64,000 nt of DNA from Catajapyx aquilonaris (lineage: Eukaryota): the NCBI GenBank assembly GCA_000934665.2, contig KZ537973.1, positions 62,001-126,000 on the forward strand, given 5' to 3'. The notes beneath the pieces are model-generated. The model had not been told where the DNA came from and searched no databases. It saw only the letters and a list, made by a program, of their open reading frames with translations. Shown here piece by piece: positions 61,101 through 64,000 of this stretch. The first letter of the stretch is position 1. Every line of letters starts with the position of its first letter. The position numbers and the translations under genes were made by a program.

Positions 61101-64000
61101 GTCTCTTCCTCGGGACCGAAACCCCCGCCGAGATTTGCAGGGATCCGGCTTAGTCTCCCTTTACGCTCTAATCTCTCAGGCTGGATCCTCCACTCCCTGC
61201 AATTATTTTCCGCTCCCAAGGCATTTAGCTGATAGACGAAAATTTATACTTTCCACCTATTTTTTTTTTTGCCCGATTGTTTGTCTCGTCGAAGGCCAGG
61301 TTTTGTGACACCCTGTGCTTGCGCCATTCTTATGCCCTCCTGGCCTCTTAAAATAGGACGGGAGTCTTTGACACTTGGCCGTCCTCTCGCGCAATTTTCG
61401 GGACGAGTTTCGCTCCACCGCCGCAAAAAGGCCCACCAGAAATGAGATTTCCAGGGGGCACTTCTGGGCTTTAAAGGGATTGGAGCCGACTTTACTCGAG
61501 CAACCCTTAAGGTGGGTTTTCAATGACAGTGGAAGGAGGAGGGAGGGGGTGGAGGGATTGGAACTTTGGACTGAAAGGTGTTCACACCTTGTCCTGTTTC
61601 TTGCCCATTGGATTGGACGGATTTGGCGATATTTTTTTAAAGTTGTAAGGGACAAAATCCCAGTTCTTGACAGTACATCATGTGAGGGACACAACCCCAA
61701 TTCGATGCGATATTTTGTGATATTAAATATAATATACTGGAATTCGCCCAAAATGGCAGCGTTTCATTCGTGCGGTGTGACGAATCGGATGGCGGGATTA
61801 GTGTCGGCAGTACATTTGGGGCAGTCAATTTTGCAATCAGGCGGTGATTGAGCTGAATCATTCGCAATTTGTATTGCAGATTATAATTTTGGAGGCACAT
61901 GGACCTGGGGGCTTGCTGCAGTTGAGTTATTCCATGCTGATGCTGGTGCCATGTCTGGTCCTGCTTTTGTAAATAGTTGGGTAAATGGTTGAATGGACTT
62001 TTGGGCCAAGAGGCCTGAGTAATTAGGAGAGGGCGCGACCTCCTCAGGGCCACACTTTTGCTGAGTGACGTCAACTGACTCTCTGCCAAAACTTTTTTGG
62101 CAGGTCCTTGCCCTTGCTGCCATCAAGCAGACACACTCCATTGTAAACATGTGGACTTCCAGGAATTCTTCCGGATTTATTGTGGTTTTCACGACATTGC
62201 TGTAATTCCTCTGGACAAAGGATTCGACAAAAGTATAGCAGAGGCCTACCCTAAAGTGGCAAGTGCGAAGTTGAATCCGCGAAATGGTAGCCAATATATC
62301 GACGCACAGCAGTAAACCCGCCTCCGATACACCTCTGCTGGATCAAACTATCGGAGAAAAATAAAATGCTGCTCCGGAACAATCCGCCCAACTATTCCCA
62401 AACTGTAAACTAATCGGTTTTTTCGCAAAATAAAAAAGGTTTTTTTTTGCAGCATCAGTGGGATGCCTAGCTGTCAGGATGAAGACTGATGCCAGGGACT
62501 TGCCAATTAGCCTGATGAGTTAGTCCTGTTGGGTAATACCTTGGGTAGCCTTCCTTTTGCCAAATTCATTACCGGAGGGTTTGCTACTCGTTTTCTTTAT
62601 TGCCGGTGGCCTCGTTAGGAGACTTTGGCTCTTTCTCTCTCTCCCTCGAGTTCCTTTTGTGCCTTTTGGGCATTTCTGGGATTCCGACACTTCAGCAGAG
62701 GCTTTGCTTGGAGTAGTGTACGCTTTCAATGCGGACACGGTTTGGGGAAGAAAAAGAGAAGCCTTTTGTGATCCTTGCGGTGGAGAAGTAAGGCTCCTTT
62801 GTTGCTCTGCTGAATTCATCCCGGTGCCCACCCAATTTCCGGAGGTAAAATCCGGATATGTACCGGTTATGTACTGGCATTGTGCACGGTGTTATTGTCG
62901 GGTTCTTCCGCGCTCTTTAGGAAATTCTGGCATGGGATTTTAACACATAATTTTTTTGAACGAAAAATTACCCGTCAATATTGAAAGCCCTGGTATGTAA
63001 CTAAAGTTGCTCCCATTCTACACCGTCCGCACTTTGTATAAAAAAATATCAGTACCTGGTACGTCCGAGATTGTTATTTAATATCTGATGAACTTACTGA
63101 ATGCCATAATACTCGTGGCGAATTTTAATGATTCGATCCGGAATTCTATAGGAGAGCTTTTCCGGATGTGTTTCTATCCCGTGACGTCAGAGCTAAACGT
63201 TGCCATGTTGGAGCATTTTGCCTGAAATCCCGCTATTCACTCTTGCAACACATTTTCACGGATTGTGGTTCCTTTTTTTCTCTCGTTTCGTTGTTAGCTG
63301 TCGGAATGTTTGGTATCTCGTTTTGCTATTCGAGCCATCCGAAAAGGGGTGGGTTTACAGGTGGTAAAATTTTCAATAGAGCTTGTAATTGTGACAGATG
63401 CACAGCGCTGTCAAAGACCCGCCGATGGGAACACTAATAATACTGCGCCATTGCAATAACTAGGGGTTGGTGGGTGTATGGGGTGGGAGAGGCCCTGGTT
63501 TTATATGTGAACACGTATATTATCGTGCTTGCTGACTGTGCAATGTCCGAGCTGTAAATAGCATGCTGTTGATATGCAGATGAGTCATGCTCCGTCGATT
63601 TAAATGCTTGTTTATTACAAGCGCCTCGTGTCCAATCGGTTTTACTAAGCGTTATATATTATGACAGGTTTCACTCGATAGCCGGGTCTACGAGGACCTC
63701 GCATATCATATCAGGACATGGGAGTTTGTCAGTGACCCCAATTCTTTCCTGGTTATACGGTTTTGTGTAAGATTGTCTGTGAGAACATGTTCTTTGAGGA
63801 CTTCTGCGTGGGGAATGTTTTATTTGGGGAACTTATGGATACGTGAGGTGTGCTGTGTGGCGATAAGGTCTATCCTTTGAAGACTATCCTGTCCTCACAG
63901 TATATTCCTGGAAGACATACCCTGCTGTGAGAACTACACTCTGAGATAATCCTGGGAGGACCAATCCTAGTTGGTCTCAATTATACGCCGACATGCGCTT

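Noticed and set aside
61257..62943. Cluster of 100-165 aa ORFs on both strands
   Set aside because: No recognisable homology and no consistent exon boundaries; unrecognised exons cannot be fully excluded.
10000..64000. Apparent abundance of TAATCC (K50 homeodomain) sites
   Set aside because: A rough count of about 35 is close to chance expectation for a 6-mer on both strands.

Overview
Eukaryotic genomic DNA with spliceosomal introns, most likely from an arthropod (inferred from protein similarity and short introns). The window holds (1) one internal coding exon of Mediator subunit MED20 on + (1380-1522), whose downstream exons I could not find in the remaining 62 kb; (2) a complete 5-coding-exon MFS sugar-porter gene (Tret1/GLUT8-like, about 514 aa) on -; (3) two tandem secreted dual-domain C-type lectin genes on - (34.9-38.1 kb); (4) nested small mobile elements near the left end (Tc2-like MITE; pogo-like MITE carrying a tRNA-derived V-domain SINE), plus a truncated SINE between the lectins; and (5) about 50 kb of non-coding, TE-poor DNA with many poly-G/poly-C tracts and one minisatellite. 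The most notable observations are a probable UGA-C stop-codon readthrough in the transporter that adds a 23-aa tail ending in a class I PDZ-type motif, three basic residues in its substrate cavity, an apparent giant MED20 intron hosting three antisense genes, and a 219-bp near-identical tract restricted to the sugar-binding half of lectin CRD1. All gene models were spliced by hand; no database searches were run.
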